DNA of 56,095 bases from a virus. Lineage: Duplodnaviria; Caudoviricetes. Made by a program: the position numbers and the translations under genes. Position 1 is the stretch's first letter. The number at the start of each line of letters is the position of its first letter. The notes beneath the pieces were generated by a model. That model was not told the DNA's origin. It worked only from the letters and a program-made list of their open reading frames with translations, and did no database searches. Positions 43,703 to 53,789 of the stretch are shown here, piece by piece. The stretch covers positions 1-56,095 of IMG/VR virus record IMGVR_UViG_3300038549_000050; one strand, written 5' to 3'.

Positions 43703-46089
43703 TGGGAATGTTCGATCATCTGCCAAGCTCACGTGAGGATGCTGGCGGCAGAATGTTCGGCCACTTGCCGAAGGCGGCGCCTCTTGCGCAGCCAAAAACT
43801 TTTGAGCGCAATGAGGACGAGGCTTTGTATCGGCAATATCTGGACGAGGAAACGAAACGCTACGCCGGGCCTCGCGTTCCGCTCTCTGGCGTTGAGGAGC
43901 CAAAAACGGCTGAAGAGGCGGCAATCCTTCGTGTTCAGGAACAGCGCTCGAAGGAACAGGAGCAGGCCGCATTCGATGCAAGCCGGACACCGCTAAAACG
44001 CGCCTCAGATGCTTCAGTCTTTGCCTTATCAGCACCGATCAGAGCATTGACGCGCGGCGAATATGGCTTTGGCGATGTCGTCGGCGCGGCTATTCCAAGT
44101 TCTGGAGATTATTACAAGCAGGCAGAAAGGGAATTCGTTCGCGCCAACAGATCGTGGCTTGAGCCGGTCGCGGCAGCCGGTGAAATCTCCATGGGCATCC
44201 CCGCTTTGCAATCCATGGGCGCGGTTCCTGGTCAGATGCTGCGGACAAGCGCTGCGGCAACGAATAAGGCGCTTGCTCCGATCGCCAACCGTCTTTTGCC
44301 GGCGGCTCCCAGAGCGACACCTGCCCAGGCTTACGGCCCTGCTCAACGCATTATCGACCGGCAAGCCTTCATTGATGAAGGCATTCCGGAATTTGCTCCT
44401 GCGTTCACGTCGAAAGGAACCGCGCGCGCCGCTCGTACTGTCGAAGAGCTTCCTATCGTTGGCGGCACGGTGAAAACGCCGAAGCTGGCGACTGAACAAG
44501 CGATGGCCGCAAGGCAGAAGACAATTGCACAGGGAATTGGAGCAGCCGCAAGCCCGGAAGATGTTGGCCTTATCGCGCAACGTGGCCTTGATCGCTTCCG
44601 CACCGCTGATCTTGAAGATTTGGATCGTTCGACAGTTCAATCCTTCGGTATAAGCCCGAATAAGCCGCCTGCGAAGGTTAGCGGGACGGTCAATGTCAAT
44701 AAGCCGGGGCAACTCAATACGGCTGCAATGAGCGCTCAGGAGCTTGACCAAGCCGCACAATCCCGTGTAACTTTGCCAGGATCGACGCGCACTGCCATTG
44801 ATGATCTATCGCCTGCCGCTATTGAGCGCATTGTACGCAGGCCAGCGCGTGATACCAGTTTCCAGACCAAATCGGCGGCACTTTATCGACAAGCCGAGGA
44901 CTCCAGGCCATCGCTGATGCGGGCCAATGATACCAAAAATTCCGATCTGCTGGCAACGCGGAATTCTGCGCTTGTGGCGCGTGGCCTCATGCAACAGGAA
45001 CAGTCTGCTGCGATTTCCGGAGGCGTGCTTGAAGGCAGGTTCGGCAGGCTGGTAACGGATCTGGCCAATGGTCGGCGCAATTTTACGCTCGATAGTTTGA
45101 GGGCAGCCAGAACCGAGGTTGGGCGGGCTCTATCGAACTTTGGCCAATATGACGCCAGGCTTGACCGCACTCAATTGAAACAGCTTTACGGAGCGATATC
45201 TGACGATTATCAGTCCGGCCTTGTGGCGCTTGCGGCGCGGGCTCGCAAGGCGTCCAGGCTTTCGCCTCGTGACAAGAATTACATTGCCCCGTCTATCGCT
45301 GATGCTGCGGATAAGGCGCTTCAGAAGTACCGGCTTGCCGATCGCTATTATCGGCAGGGTATTGAGCGCATGGATCGTTTCATGCAGGTTCTTGGCGCCG
45401 ATACGCTTGAGCAGGCCTCGCGCCGCATCGGGCAATATCTGCGCGAGAACACACAGAACGTCCGCGCAGTCGAGAGCATCGTATCGTCGCTCAGGCCAGA
45501 GGAGGCAAAGGCCATCCTCGGCAATGTCATTGAAAATCTTGGCAAGTTGACGCCCGGAGCCAGAGAGGCGGAACGGGTGTTTTCATTCGAGCGCTATGCG
45601 ACGGATTGGAACAAGATCAATCAGAGCCAGAGGGTCAGAGGACTTTTTGTAAAAGCACTTGGCCCTGAAGTCGTACAGTCTCTCGATAATCTCGGGCGCA
45701 TCGCCGAGAGAATGAAATTTTATGAGACTACGAAGAACTATTCCGGTTCGGCATACACTGGAGCGCTAAGCGCAGGCGCGGCTGTTTTCCTGAACCCAAA
45801 ACTATGGCCGGCTCTGATCGCAACCGTTGCAGGAACGGCGGCGATGGGCAAGGTGCTGACTTCAAAGAGCTTTGCGACGTGGGTTAATTCGCTTAACAGG
45901 GCGCAGGTAAAGATGGGGGGCTCCATGTCGTCGACCGGCGCCACTGCGCGTCAGCATTTGCGCCGCCTGACAGCTCTAGCAAGGCAAGAGCCCGATCCTG
46001 AGATTGCGGCAGCCCTTACAGCCTTGGCTTATCAGATCGGTCAACAGGTAGACGCATCTGGAGAAGGTGGAGAGCCTTCCAATCGTTAG
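43702..46089 (+). CDS. Large internal virion/ejection protein
   Basis: ~795 aa, Ala/Arg-rich helical, in the ejection-gene position. Confidence 0.7.
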   Translation: MGMFDHLPSSREDAGGRMFGHLPKAAPLAQPKTFERNEDEALYRQYLDEETKRYAGPRVPLSGVEEPKTAEEAAILRVQEQRSKEQEQAAFDASRTPLKRASDASVFALSAPIRALTRGEYGFGDVVGAAIPSSGDYYKQAEREFVRANRSWLEPVAAAGEISMGIPALQSMGAVPGQMLRTSAAATNKALAPIANRLLPAAPRATPAQAYGPAQRIIDRQAFIDEGIPEFAPAFTSKGTARAARTVEELPIVGGTVKTPKLATEQAMAARQKTIAQGIGAAASPEDVGLIAQRGLDRFRTADLEDLDRSTVQSFGISPNKPPAKVSGTVNVNKPGQLNTAAMSAQELDQAAQSRVTLPGSTRTAIDDLSPAAIERIVRRPARDTSFQTKSAALYRQAEDSRPSLMRANDTKNSDLLATRNSALVARGLMQQEQSAAISGGVLEGRFGRLVTDLANGRRNFTLDSLRAARTEVGRALSNFGQYDARLDRTQLKQLYGAISDDYQSGLVALAARARKASRLSPRDKNYIAPSIADAADKALQKYRLADRYYRQGIERMDRFMQVLGADTLEQASRRIGQYLRENTQNVRAVESIVSSLRPEEAKAILGNVIENLGKLTPGAREAERVFSFERYATDWNKINQSQRVRGLFVKALGPEVVQSLDNLGRIAERMKFYETTKNYSGSAYTGALSAGAAVFLNPKLWPALIATVAGTAAMGKVLTSKSFATWVNSLNRAQVKMGGSMSSTGATARQHLRRLTALARQEPDPEIAAALTALAYQIGQQVDASGEGGEPSNR

Positions 46090-46248
46090 AAATTCCTGCT
46101 CATGAACTCGTGGAATCCCCAAGCCGCAAGGCAAAACAGACCAGCGCCTATCACTATCTCCGCAAGACGCAATGCATCGTCGAATGAAATTCGCGGGGCC
46201 GTTCGGCGGCTTCTTACAACCTCGTAATCCACATCAATAGGCTTGAGC

Positions 46249-48027
46249 ATGGCCGATAAGCTTTCTGATATCATAAAGCAGCAGATCAATGATCTCCGCC
46301 AGAATGCGCCGAAGCCGCTGACGCAGGCGGAGCGCGACAAGATCATGTCCGGCCGTAAAAAACAGGCCGACATCGATGCCGGGCGCGCCGCCATTGCCGC
46401 CAGGGCAAAGGAAGTCGATGACTACAATAAAGCACTTGGTGATCTGAATGACAAGCTGGAAAAAGCCATCAGCAACGAAGGAACTGAAGCCAGGCGGGCG
46501 GAGAAGGAAGAAAATACCAATCCGCTGACGCAAAAGGCACTGCCGTTCGCAGGCGGGGCAGTTGCGGGCGGAATTTATGGTGAGTTGGCCAATCGAAGGC
46601 TGGATCGTTTCGAGAAGGGCAACGCTAAGGCTCTGAATGAGATCGCGAGAGAGATCGGCCCGACATCGAAGCTGACCAACTCGCAGATGAACCGGTCGCG
46701 CGCTGTCGGCGCCGCCAAGGCGGCAGAGAAGTTCATGCCGGCAACCGGGCTTGGCAAGGCCGCGGCGGTCACCGGTCGCGCGCTGTCCTATGGCATTCCA
46801 GCCGCAGCGATCTTCAACGAATATGAGCGCTATGTCGATCAAGCCAACGATCCGAACGCTTCTGAGAGCGACAAGGCAATGTCTCGCTCGATTGCCAATG
46901 GTCTCCTCGGCGGGGGAACCGGCATAGCCGTCGAGGGCGGCGGGCGGTTTTTCTTCCCGGCGCGGCAACCAGGCATCGGTCAGGCAATGATGCGCATCGA
47001 GGCTGCGCGCGATTTTGCCAATCGGATGGATTCGAAAGACATCGGAACGGAAAATCGTCTTTTGCAAGGGATCAAAGAGCCTGCGGCTTCGAAAGCGCTC
47101 ACGACAATTGATGCGGAAGCCGTTCCAGTCGCGGAACCTCAGAAGACGTTGCCGCCATCGGAGCCTGCGGCCGCAGCGCCAGCCTCAAAGGCCAAGACAG
47201 CGCGACCTGGAGATCTCGCCTGGTACAAAGAGCAAGCTCGGGCCTTGGAGATTCCCGGCCGCAGCAAGTTGCGCAACAAGGAACAATTGATTGACGCCAT
47301 CGAGTCCGCGAACCGCGATAAAGCCAGGAAGCGCGTCAGAGGGCCAAAAGGTGGCGGGAAAAGCGCTATCCTGGCACCGCTTCTTGCAGGCGGCGCGACC
47401 TATGCCATGCAGGGTGATCCGGCGGAAGCTGGGAATGAAGGATCGTTTGCCTCGAATGCCGTCAACAAGCTTCAGGCTCCAGCCATCGCAGCCGGAACGG
47501 CATACGGCACGAATAGACTACTCTCTGCGTTGAAGGCAGCTGGTCAAGCCGCTGGCGGCGCTCTGGAGCCTACCGGGGCCATGGGCATCGATCCTTTGGA
47601 GGGCGCAGACCGTGCGAGCACCGCTGAGAACATCGGCACGGCTCGCGGTCAAGCCTCGTATTACGCGCCGTGGCTCGCCGAGAACGTCATGGGCATCCCG
47701 CGCTCCGAGGGGACAGCCTATGACGTCACGCAAAATCCAGGCAATATGCCCGTGCCTTCGCCGCGCCGTCCGGCTCCAGGCAATATGGACTATCCGCTCT
47801 CTGGCGACATGGCTAACGCTGAATCCCTGACCGTAGCGCCGCCATCTGGACAACCCGCCGAGATGGATTTCGATGCACAGCTCGCCGATTTGGAGCGCAT
47901 CTTCGCCGAACTCGGCGGACAGGAGGAAGAAGCCCCGCCTCCTGTTCAGCGCGCCGCTCAGAGTTTCCAAATCGCCCAACTCCCGCCGTCGCGGTTCCCG
48001 CAAAATCCCCTGCTTCAGAGGTATTAA
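46249..48027 (+). CDS. Internal virion/ejection protein
   Basis: Ala/Gly-rich with glycine-zipper segments; IPGRSKL.NKEQLI Rho-N-like motif. Confidence 0.65.
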   Translation: MADKLSDIIKQQINDLRQNAPKPLTQAERDKIMSGRKKQADIDAGRAAIAARAKEVDDYNKALGDLNDKLEKAISNEGTEARRAEKEENTNPLTQKALPFAGGAVAGGIYGELANRRLDRFEKGNAKALNEIAREIGPTSKLTNSQMNRSRAVGAAKAAEKFMPATGLGKAAAVTGRALSYGIPAAAIFNEYERYVDQANDPNASESDKAMSRSIANGLLGGGTGIAVEGGGRFFFPARQPGIGQAMMRIEAARDFANRMDSKDIGTENRLLQGIKEPAASKALTTIDAEAVPVAEPQKTLPPSEPAAAAPASKAKTARPGDLAWYKEQARALEIPGRSKLRNKEQLIDAIESANRDKARKRVRGPKGGGKSAILAPLLAGGATYAMQGDPAEAGNEGSFASNAVNKLQAPAIAAGTAYGTNRLLSALKAAGQAAGGALEPTGAMGIDPLEGADRASTAENIGTARGQASYYAPWLAENVMGIPRSEGTAYDVTQNPGNMPVPSPRRPAPGNMDYPLSGDMANAESLTVAPPSGQPAEMDFDAQLADLERIFAELGGQEEEAPPPVQRAAQSFQIAQLPPSRFPQNPLLQRY

Positions 48028-48029
48028 AA

Positions 48030-49361
48030 GTGGTCGATAGCATCAATACGATTGGTCCCGGCTGGCGGGCGACGGACAGTTCAGGCAATATCATCACCGA
48101 TGGCATCCTGGCTTACTTCGATGCCGGGACGTCAAACGCCAGGATAGTGTATTCCGACAAGGATCTCTCATCCTCTCTCGGCACAACGGTCAATTGCAAC
48201 TCCGCCGGTTATCCGATCACATCAGGCAACGCCAAGACGCTCGTCTATACCGGCAATACGCCATATAAAGTCAGGCTGACGTCAGTTCTATATGGCGGAA
48301 CGGTGTTTGAACATGACAACGTTCGCGGCGCTCTAGATACGTCAATCTTCCTGACGTCATCGACACCCTACGACGAAAGCGTCGTCAACACATCGACCAA
48401 TCTCTCGTTGGATGCAACACACCATGGTCATTTGATCAACGCCAATTGTACGGCTGGCACAATTACGATGACAATCGCCGACGCATCCGCGCTTGGCGAT
48501 GGCTGGTTCGTTGGCATCAGCCATGCCGGCACGGCAAATCAGGTCAAGGTGATTGGCGATGGTGTCGATACGTTCAGGCTGCCTGGCGTTGTCACAGCGG
48601 CGTTCTCGCTGACCGGGTTTGGTGAAACTGTCTGGCTCGTTTGTGATGGGACCAAGTTCCTCGTCCGCGCCATTTCACCGGCATTGATCGGCAATACGAC
48701 CGGGATGATAAAAATTGCAGACCGGCTTTCAACGCCTCCCGGGTCACCGACGCCAGGCGCGCGCTATATCCTGACAGCAGCCCCGACTGGGGCGTGGTCG
48801 ACATTCGCGGAACATGACATCGCCGAAGCCAATGGTCAAGGCGGGTGGTTTCGATATACACCCGTCGCCGATTGCGGCTGGATCGCCTATGTGCAGGATG
48901 AAGACCGCTATTATACGTTCAGAAACTCGGCGTGGGCACTAGGGCTTGAACCTGACGCGTCGACGTCGGTCAAGGGCTTGATCCAGATCGCTGCGCAATC
49001 GGACCAGGAAACAGGTACCAGCACGACGCTGGCTGTCACGCCGGGGACGCAACATTTTCACCCGTCTGCCGCAAAATTCTGGGTGTATTCCATTGTTTCC
49101 GGCGGTGTCCCGCAGCTCACAGCAAGCTATAATGTCACATCATTGACAGACACGGCAGTTGGACAGTTGACAGTCGTGATAGCGAATGATTTTTCAAGCG
49201 CATTCTGGCCTGGCTTCGTTACAGGTGAACACACGGGGGCAAATCGTTTCGCGCAAGGTGAAACCAAGAATGCAGGATCATGGCAGGTAGCAACGAAAGA
49301 TGCTGGAGGAACATTGCAAGATCCAACAGCCTGGAATATCGTCGGATATGGAGACCTGTAG
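48030..49361 (+). CDS. Tail fibre/spike with P22-type head-binding N-terminus and DUF2793-like domain
   Basis: G.L.YFDAGTS....YSD; PPGSPTPGARYI...PTGAW...GW.RYTP..GW.AYVQDE; ASTSVKGLIQIA. Confidence 0.8.
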   Translation: MVDSINTIGPGWRATDSSGNIITDGILAYFDAGTSNARIVYSDKDLSSSLGTTVNCNSAGYPITSGNAKTLVYTGNTPYKVRLTSVLYGGTVFEHDNVRGALDTSIFLTSSTPYDESVVNTSTNLSLDATHHGHLINANCTAGTITMTIADASALGDGWFVGISHAGTANQVKVIGDGVDTFRLPGVVTAAFSLTGFGETVWLVCDGTKFLVRAISPALIGNTTGMIKIADRLSTPPGSPTPGARYILTAAPTGAWSTFAEHDIAEANGQGGWFRYTPVADCGWIAYVQDEDRYYTFRNSAWALGLEPDASTSVKGLIQIAAQSDQETGTSTTLAVTPGTQHFHPSAAKFWVYSIVSGGVPQLTASYNVTSLTDTAVGQLTVVIANDFSSAFWPGFVTGEHTGANRFAQGETKNAGSWQVATKDAGGTLQDPTAWNIVGYGDL

Positions 49362-49362
49362 C

Positions 49363-49650
49363 ATGCTTCAGCACGTCTGGGTAGCACTTACCTACGAGAA
49401 AGGCCAATTGGGCCGCATGCAGTTTTACACGCATCTGCCCTATAGCCGTCTCGGCACAGATGCTGCGGCAACCGCCGGCTTTTCCGACAACGGCGAATGT
49501 TGGGAACGGCCAGCGTCGGACGAACTGGTCCAGCGCGAGGTCTCTAGACTCGCGTTCAAGCCGATCACAAACGAAGCCTTGCCAAATGAAACAGGGCCTG
49601 TCATCTCGTGGCAGATTGTTGCTGACGATCCATTCAAAGACAGGCTCTGA
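49363..49650 (+). CDS. Hypothetical protein (possible fibre assembly factor)
   Basis: GGAG RBS; between the two fibre genes. Confidence 0.55.
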   Translation: MLQHVWVALTYEKGQLGRMQFYTHLPYSRLGTDAAATAGFSDNGECWERPASDELVQREVSRLAFKPITNEALPNETGPVISWQIVADDPFKDRL

Positions 49651-49652
49651 TC

Positions 49653-51230
49653 ATGGTTTCATTCGCCAACCGCGTCAGAGTATCGACTGCGACGACAGGA
49701 ACGGGAACGATCATTCTAGGATCGGCGCAAACAGGCTATGCCTCGTTCGCCGAGGGCGGCATCGCCAATGGCGCGACTGTTGGTTATTGTATTGAGGACG
49801 GCAACAATTTCGAGGTTGGACGCGGGACATATAATTCATCTCTCCAAACTCTGACGCGAACCGTTCTGTTGTCAAAGCTCAACGATGAAGCCGCGAGCTC
49901 TTCGCCTCTCAGCCTGTCCGGAAGCGCCAAGGTTTTCGTAACCGCGGTCGCCGAGGACATCGTCAACCCGGATCTGGCCATCGTCGATCTCCTTGGCATT
50001 AATGCCACACCTGACGCCACCAACAAGCTTTCCGTCAATTCTCCGGCTGTTCTCCTCAATCACGCTGGATCCAACAGCCAGGTCAAGGTCAACAAAGCAG
50101 CGGCTGGTGACACGGCGAGTTTCCTGTTTCAGGACAATTTCTCGACGCGCGCCGAGGTCGGTCTTGTCGGAAACGACGATTTCCAGTTCAAAGTATCGCC
50201 GGACGGATCGACGTTCTACACTGGTATCAGCATAGACAAGGATGATGGGGTAGTCAGCATACCTATTCGACTTGTTCCAGCAGCAGACGATGGCGCGGCG
50301 CTTGGCAGCGCGGGCACGGCATGGGCTGACCTTTTTTTGGCATCCGGCGGTACTCTCAATTGGAACGCCGGCGATGTAACCGTAACGCATGCCGCAAATG
50401 CATTGGCTTTTGCGGGCGCGTCAATTGGATATTCTTTTGACGCGGTAATCACTCCGGCGGCGCAAGATGGCGCGGCCATCGGTTCAGCATCATTGATGTG
50501 GTCTGATCTGTTCCTGGCTTCAGGCGGAGTTATTAATTGGAATAATGGTGATGTTACAATTACGCACAGTTCTAATTTTCTAAACTTTTCTGGTGCAGAT
50601 GGAGGTTACGCATTTTCGTCAGACCAAGGCAATGGAACAACGATTGTAAGGGCGTTTAATTCTTCTAACGCATCAACGACAACAAAGTTAGCTGCATTTC
50701 AATATGTTGGCGTTGACACTGTCGGGACAGTTAAAGAGACTGGCAGAATAACATGCTCTCCGGGTGATAGCGACCTTATTAACTCTACTATCATCTTTTA
50801 TAGCAGACAATCTAATGTTGTAACGATTGCTCTGCAAATCGGAACAGAAGTTACATCTCCATTAGCTATTAAATCTACATCAGCAACTGGTGGTGTCGGT
50901 TATGCCACCGGTGCCGGAGGGGCTGTCACCCAGATCACCAGCAAATCAACTACGGTCACGTTGAACACGGTCTGTGGTCAGATTGCGACGCATAATGCAT
51001 CCCTCGGGGCCGGCGCATCCGTGGTGTTCAATCTTCAGAACTCGACTATTGCCGCCAGCGATTTCGTTGGCGTGAGCATCCAAGGCGGCGGAACCGCAAA
51101 CGTTTACACAGTCTCTGTCGTTGCAACCGGAGCAGGCGGCGCAAATATTCGCCTGACCAACACATCAGGCGGGGCGCTTGGCGAAGCTGTGATCATCAAC
51201 TTCGCCGTGATCAAGGCCGTCGCTTCTTAG
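49653..51230 (+). CDS. Tail fibre protein
   Basis: ANRVRVSTATTGTGTI.LG N-terminus; NKLSV.SPAVL...AE.GL.G.DDF..KVSPDGS; internal 59-aa duplication. Confidence 0.85.
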   Translation: MVSFANRVRVSTATTGTGTIILGSAQTGYASFAEGGIANGATVGYCIEDGNNFEVGRGTYNSSLQTLTRTVLLSKLNDEAASSSPLSLSGSAKVFVTAVAEDIVNPDLAIVDLLGINATPDATNKLSVNSPAVLLNHAGSNSQVKVNKAAAGDTASFLFQDNFSTRAEVGLVGNDDFQFKVSPDGSTFYTGISIDKDDGVVSIPIRLVPAADDGAALGSAGTAWADLFLASGGTLNWNAGDVTVTHAANALAFAGASIGYSFDAVITPAAQDGAAIGSASLMWSDLFLASGGVINWNNGDVTITHSSNFLNFSGADGGYAFSSDQGNGTTIVRAFNSSNASTTTKLAAFQYVGVDTVGTVKETGRITCSPGDSDLINSTIIFYSRQSNVVTIALQIGTEVTSPLAIKSTSATGGVGYATGAGGAVTQITSKSTTVTLNTVCGQIATHNASLGAGASVVFNLQNSTIAASDFVGVSIQGGGTANVYTVSVVATGAGGANIRLTNTSGGALGEAVIINFAVIKAVAS

Positions 51231-51631
51231 TGTTCCTGGGCGAGCGCTTTTATCATCCGGATCAGGACACGGCGTGTCTCGGCGCTTTTGATCTTGGCGA
51301 AGGCGACGTTGAGTTCATAGCCGTCCTTTGTCCGTATTGTCTCAGCAATGCATTTGAAATAATCTTCTTTCTCTTCGCCGCTTCTTTGATCTTTCAATTC
51401 GAAGAAGAAGTTTGGCGTGACGCCGAATATGTCAGAAATTTTTGCCAAGATCACCGGATTGACACGATTTTTTCCATCTTCATACTTCTGGATCTGTTGA
51501 AACGTGAGGCCGAGCTTGTGTCCAAGCTCCATCTGGCTCATCTTCTTGTTCTGTCTGATGATCCGCAATCTCTCGCCGACTTTCTTGTCGATCTCCGTTG
51601 CTGAGCGCCCGTTGCTCTCGTCCATTGGCAT
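51227..51631 (-). CDS. XRE regulator of the PraR/PhrR type
   Basis: VGERLR..R....MSQ.ELG..LGLTFQQIQKYE.G.NRV...F..I.....RR. Confidence 0.8.
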   Translation of the reverse strand: MPMDESNGRSATEIDKKVGERLRIIRQNKKMSQMELGHKLGLTFQQIQKYEDGKNRVNPVILAKISDIFGVTPNFFFELKDQRSGEEKEDYFKCIAETIRTKDGYELNVAFAKIKSAETRRVLIRMIKALAQEH

Positions 51632-51955
51632 CCCTTTCTTTTATCCGTTCGACGATGCGGATTAGGACTTGCCATCCGTCCATATTCGCCCCTGTGGTGT
51701 ATTATTTATTTTGTGAACTTCGCAATAGCAATCTCTACCTATTGCGCATTTTTCGGCGCGCTATCGCAGCAAATCGCGGATGATCCCGATGATCAGAGGA
51801 TCGCGCTCCGGGCTGGCCTCTGAGACGGCGAGCAGGAGGATGCAGAGCAGGATGGCGAAGGCATGGGGCGTGTAGTTCATGGCGTGTCTCTCTTGGTTGG
51901 ATAGGGAGATCTTACAGGAGGCGGGTTGACGCCAGGTTAAACGAAGCGGGGACTT

Positions 51956-52777
51956 ATGGTTGATATCAGCGCAAGAGGCATAAGGTTCATCAAGGATTTT
52001 GAGGGGGCCAAGACGCTTCTGCCCGATGGGCGCTACAAATCCTATCTCGACACGCTTGCATATCCGCCTGTATGGACTGTATTCACTGGTTTGACGCGAG
52101 GTGTTACCAAAGATACGTGCTGGACACTCGAAGAGTGCGAAGAACGCTTCAGAAAAGAGGTAACGATATACGAGGACGCAATAGATCGACTCGTTACGGT
52201 TCCACTAAATCAAAACCAAGCAGATGCGCTCATTTCCTATGTCTACAATTGCGGCCCTGGCGCTCTAGCAAAATCTACCCTTCTAAAAGTCTTGAATCAA
52301 GGTAAATATGAGCAGGTTCCTGCGCAATTGATGCGCTGGACCAAAGCTGGCGGCAAGGAATGGCCGGGCCTCGTAAGGCGTCGCAAAGCTGAAGGCGCCT
52401 TATTCATGGAGCCAGTCGACGAAGATCATATGATCGTCGAGAAGGAAGGTGATGTGCCCGTGTTGCCGCCCATGCCGCAACGGGTTGAGGAAAAGCCTGT
52501 CGTTCCGGTCGGCGAAGTGGTGGCGAAGTCCTGGACCATCCGTTCAGCGCTGGCAGCGATTGGCGGCGCGATCATCCAGGGCTATAACTGGCTCACTGAG
52601 ACGGCCATAGAGGCCGGCAAGGAGGCAGGAAGCGTCAAGACGGCTCTTGGCCCGTTCGATGCCCTCTTTGCGTCTCTGAAGGCAAATGTGGGGCTCCTGG
52701 CTACTATTGCCATCATTGTCGGTTGTGCAGTCGTGATCTCGCGCCGGATTTCTGACGCCAAAGAAGGAATGAGGTGA
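51956..52777 (+). CDS. Endolysin (GH24 lysozyme) with a hydrophobic C-terminal extension
   Basis: IKDFEG...YLD.....VWT, LNQNQ.DAL.S..YN.G, STLLK.LN, RW..AGGK...GL.RRR.AE. Confidence 0.92.
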   Translation: MVDISARGIRFIKDFEGAKTLLPDGRYKSYLDTLAYPPVWTVFTGLTRGVTKDTCWTLEECEERFRKEVTIYEDAIDRLVTVPLNQNQADALISYVYNCGPGALAKSTLLKVLNQGKYEQVPAQLMRWTKAGGKEWPGLVRRRKAEGALFMEPVDEDHMIVEKEGDVPVLPPMPQRVEEKPVVPVGEVVAKSWTIRSALAAIGGAIIQGYNWLTETAIEAGKEAGSVKTALGPFDALFASLKANVGLLATIAIIVGCAVVISRRISDAKEGMR

Positions 52778-52781
52778 TGAC

Positions 52782-53102
52782 ATGCCTTTCGCAATCATGC
52801 CCGTCATCGGCGCGATATGGGGAAGCCCCATCGCCCGCACCGCGCTCCTCATCGCCGGGGCCTTTGTCTTCGGATGGTACAAGGGCTGGGCGTCGGTTCC
52901 TCGGGTGGATATTCCGGCTATCGTCCGCAATGCGGAGAGCGCTTGCGATGCTCACTGGGAGGGTAAGATGCGGGAGACAGAGGATCAAGCCCGCAAAGCT
53001 ATTGATGCCGCCATCGAAGCTGGTAATAGCGCTGCCGTTGCTTCTGACGCTGACCTCTTGCAGCTCTGTCGAGCCTCAAAGTCCTGCCGTGATCGTCAAT
53101 AA
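52782..53102 (+). CDS. Inner-membrane spanin (Rz-like)
   Basis: N-terminal TM plus coiled coil; GAGG RBS; overlapped by a lipoprotein gene. Confidence 0.65.
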   Translation: MPFAIMPVIGAIWGSPIARTALLIAGAFVFGWYKGWASVPRVDIPAIVRNAESACDAHWEGKMRETEDQARKAIDAAIEAGNSAAVASDADLLQLCRASKSCRDRQ

Positions 53103-53217
53103 GACGTATTCTGGGTGCAAAGTGTTCAGACCGATAACTTGGTCGCCAAAAGACACGAGGCAGACGGTGGCTCAGATCGAGCGCTATTCGGCGGCGCGCG
53201 AAAAACTTTGTAAGTGA
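53005..53217 (+). CDS. Outer-membrane spanin lipoprotein (Rz1-like)
   Basis: MPPSKLVIALPLLLTLTSC lipobox; C..FRPITWS.KDT.QT motif; +1 overlap with the i-spanin. Confidence 0.75.
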   Translation: MPPSKLVIALPLLLTLTSCSSVEPQSPAVIVNKTYSGCKVFRPITWSPKDTRQTVAQIERYSAAREKLCK

Positions 53218-53293
53218 TGGTCTGGGTGGCTGGACTTGAACCAGCGACCCCCGCACTCCAAATGCGGTGCGCTACCAACTGCGCTACACCCAG
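53218..53293 (-). tRNA. tRNA-Pro(UGG)
   Basis: CTGGGTG/CACCCAG acceptor stem plus ACCA; anticodon arm CCGCA-TT-TGG-AG-TGCGG; T loop GGTTCAAGTCC. Confidence 0.95.
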
Positions 53294-53459
53294 ACAAAGA
53301 CGTGCCGCTTATTAGCGGATCGTCGGTCGTGGATGTGGCAGATGGAAATATGTTCGAAGTTTCTCATCGGCAGGGCCGAAGTTCGGCGGAAACATCGAAT
53401 TCCGCCGGAATTTCAATGTATTCCGGCCGGGCCGAACGTATGCCGAAAGAGACTGTGTA

Positions 53460-53622
53460 AGTAGGAAGGGCCGGGCGCTACACCGGCTTGGCATATCAGA
53501 GTTAACGCTTGCCATAGAAACGTCAGCGGGTGCCCTGACCAAGGGGTTCTCTGACAGGCGCCGACATTGATCTGCATTGCCGCATCTTCGTTTCGCGCTT
53601 CTGCTTTCAGCGCCGCCTTCCT
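53460..53622 (-). ncRNA. tRNA-like structured RNA with a long insertion
   Basis: 7-bp AGGAAGG/CCTTCCT closing stem; GCGCT-N9-AGCGC D-like arm; GCCGG-N8-CCGGC T-like arm. Confidence 0.5.
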
Positions 53623-53789
53623 GTTCGTATTCTTAACATGTCCCGCGGACGCGTCAAGAAAATCCAATTTTGTTAACACGACAATCCCCTAGTCGAGACG
53701 TGCTACAGAGCAACCCGTTGATAATCAAGTCTTTATCCGCTTAACGTAGGAATTTCGTACCTTTTCGGGTAATCCCAATGAATTCATCG

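Noticed and set aside
46086-46394. Minus-strand small membrane ORF
   Set aside because: Its plausible start overlaps the start of the + strand virion gene and there is no room for an independent promoter or RBS; left uncalled.
50277-50630. Diversity-generating retroelement TR/VR pair
   Set aside because: The duplication is in-frame within one gene, differences are not adenine-specific, and no reverse transcriptase is present.
53218-53293. tRNA-Pro as an att site or prophage boundary
   Set aside because: No duplicated 3' tRNA fragment or integrase seen, and phage-type genes continue on both sides.
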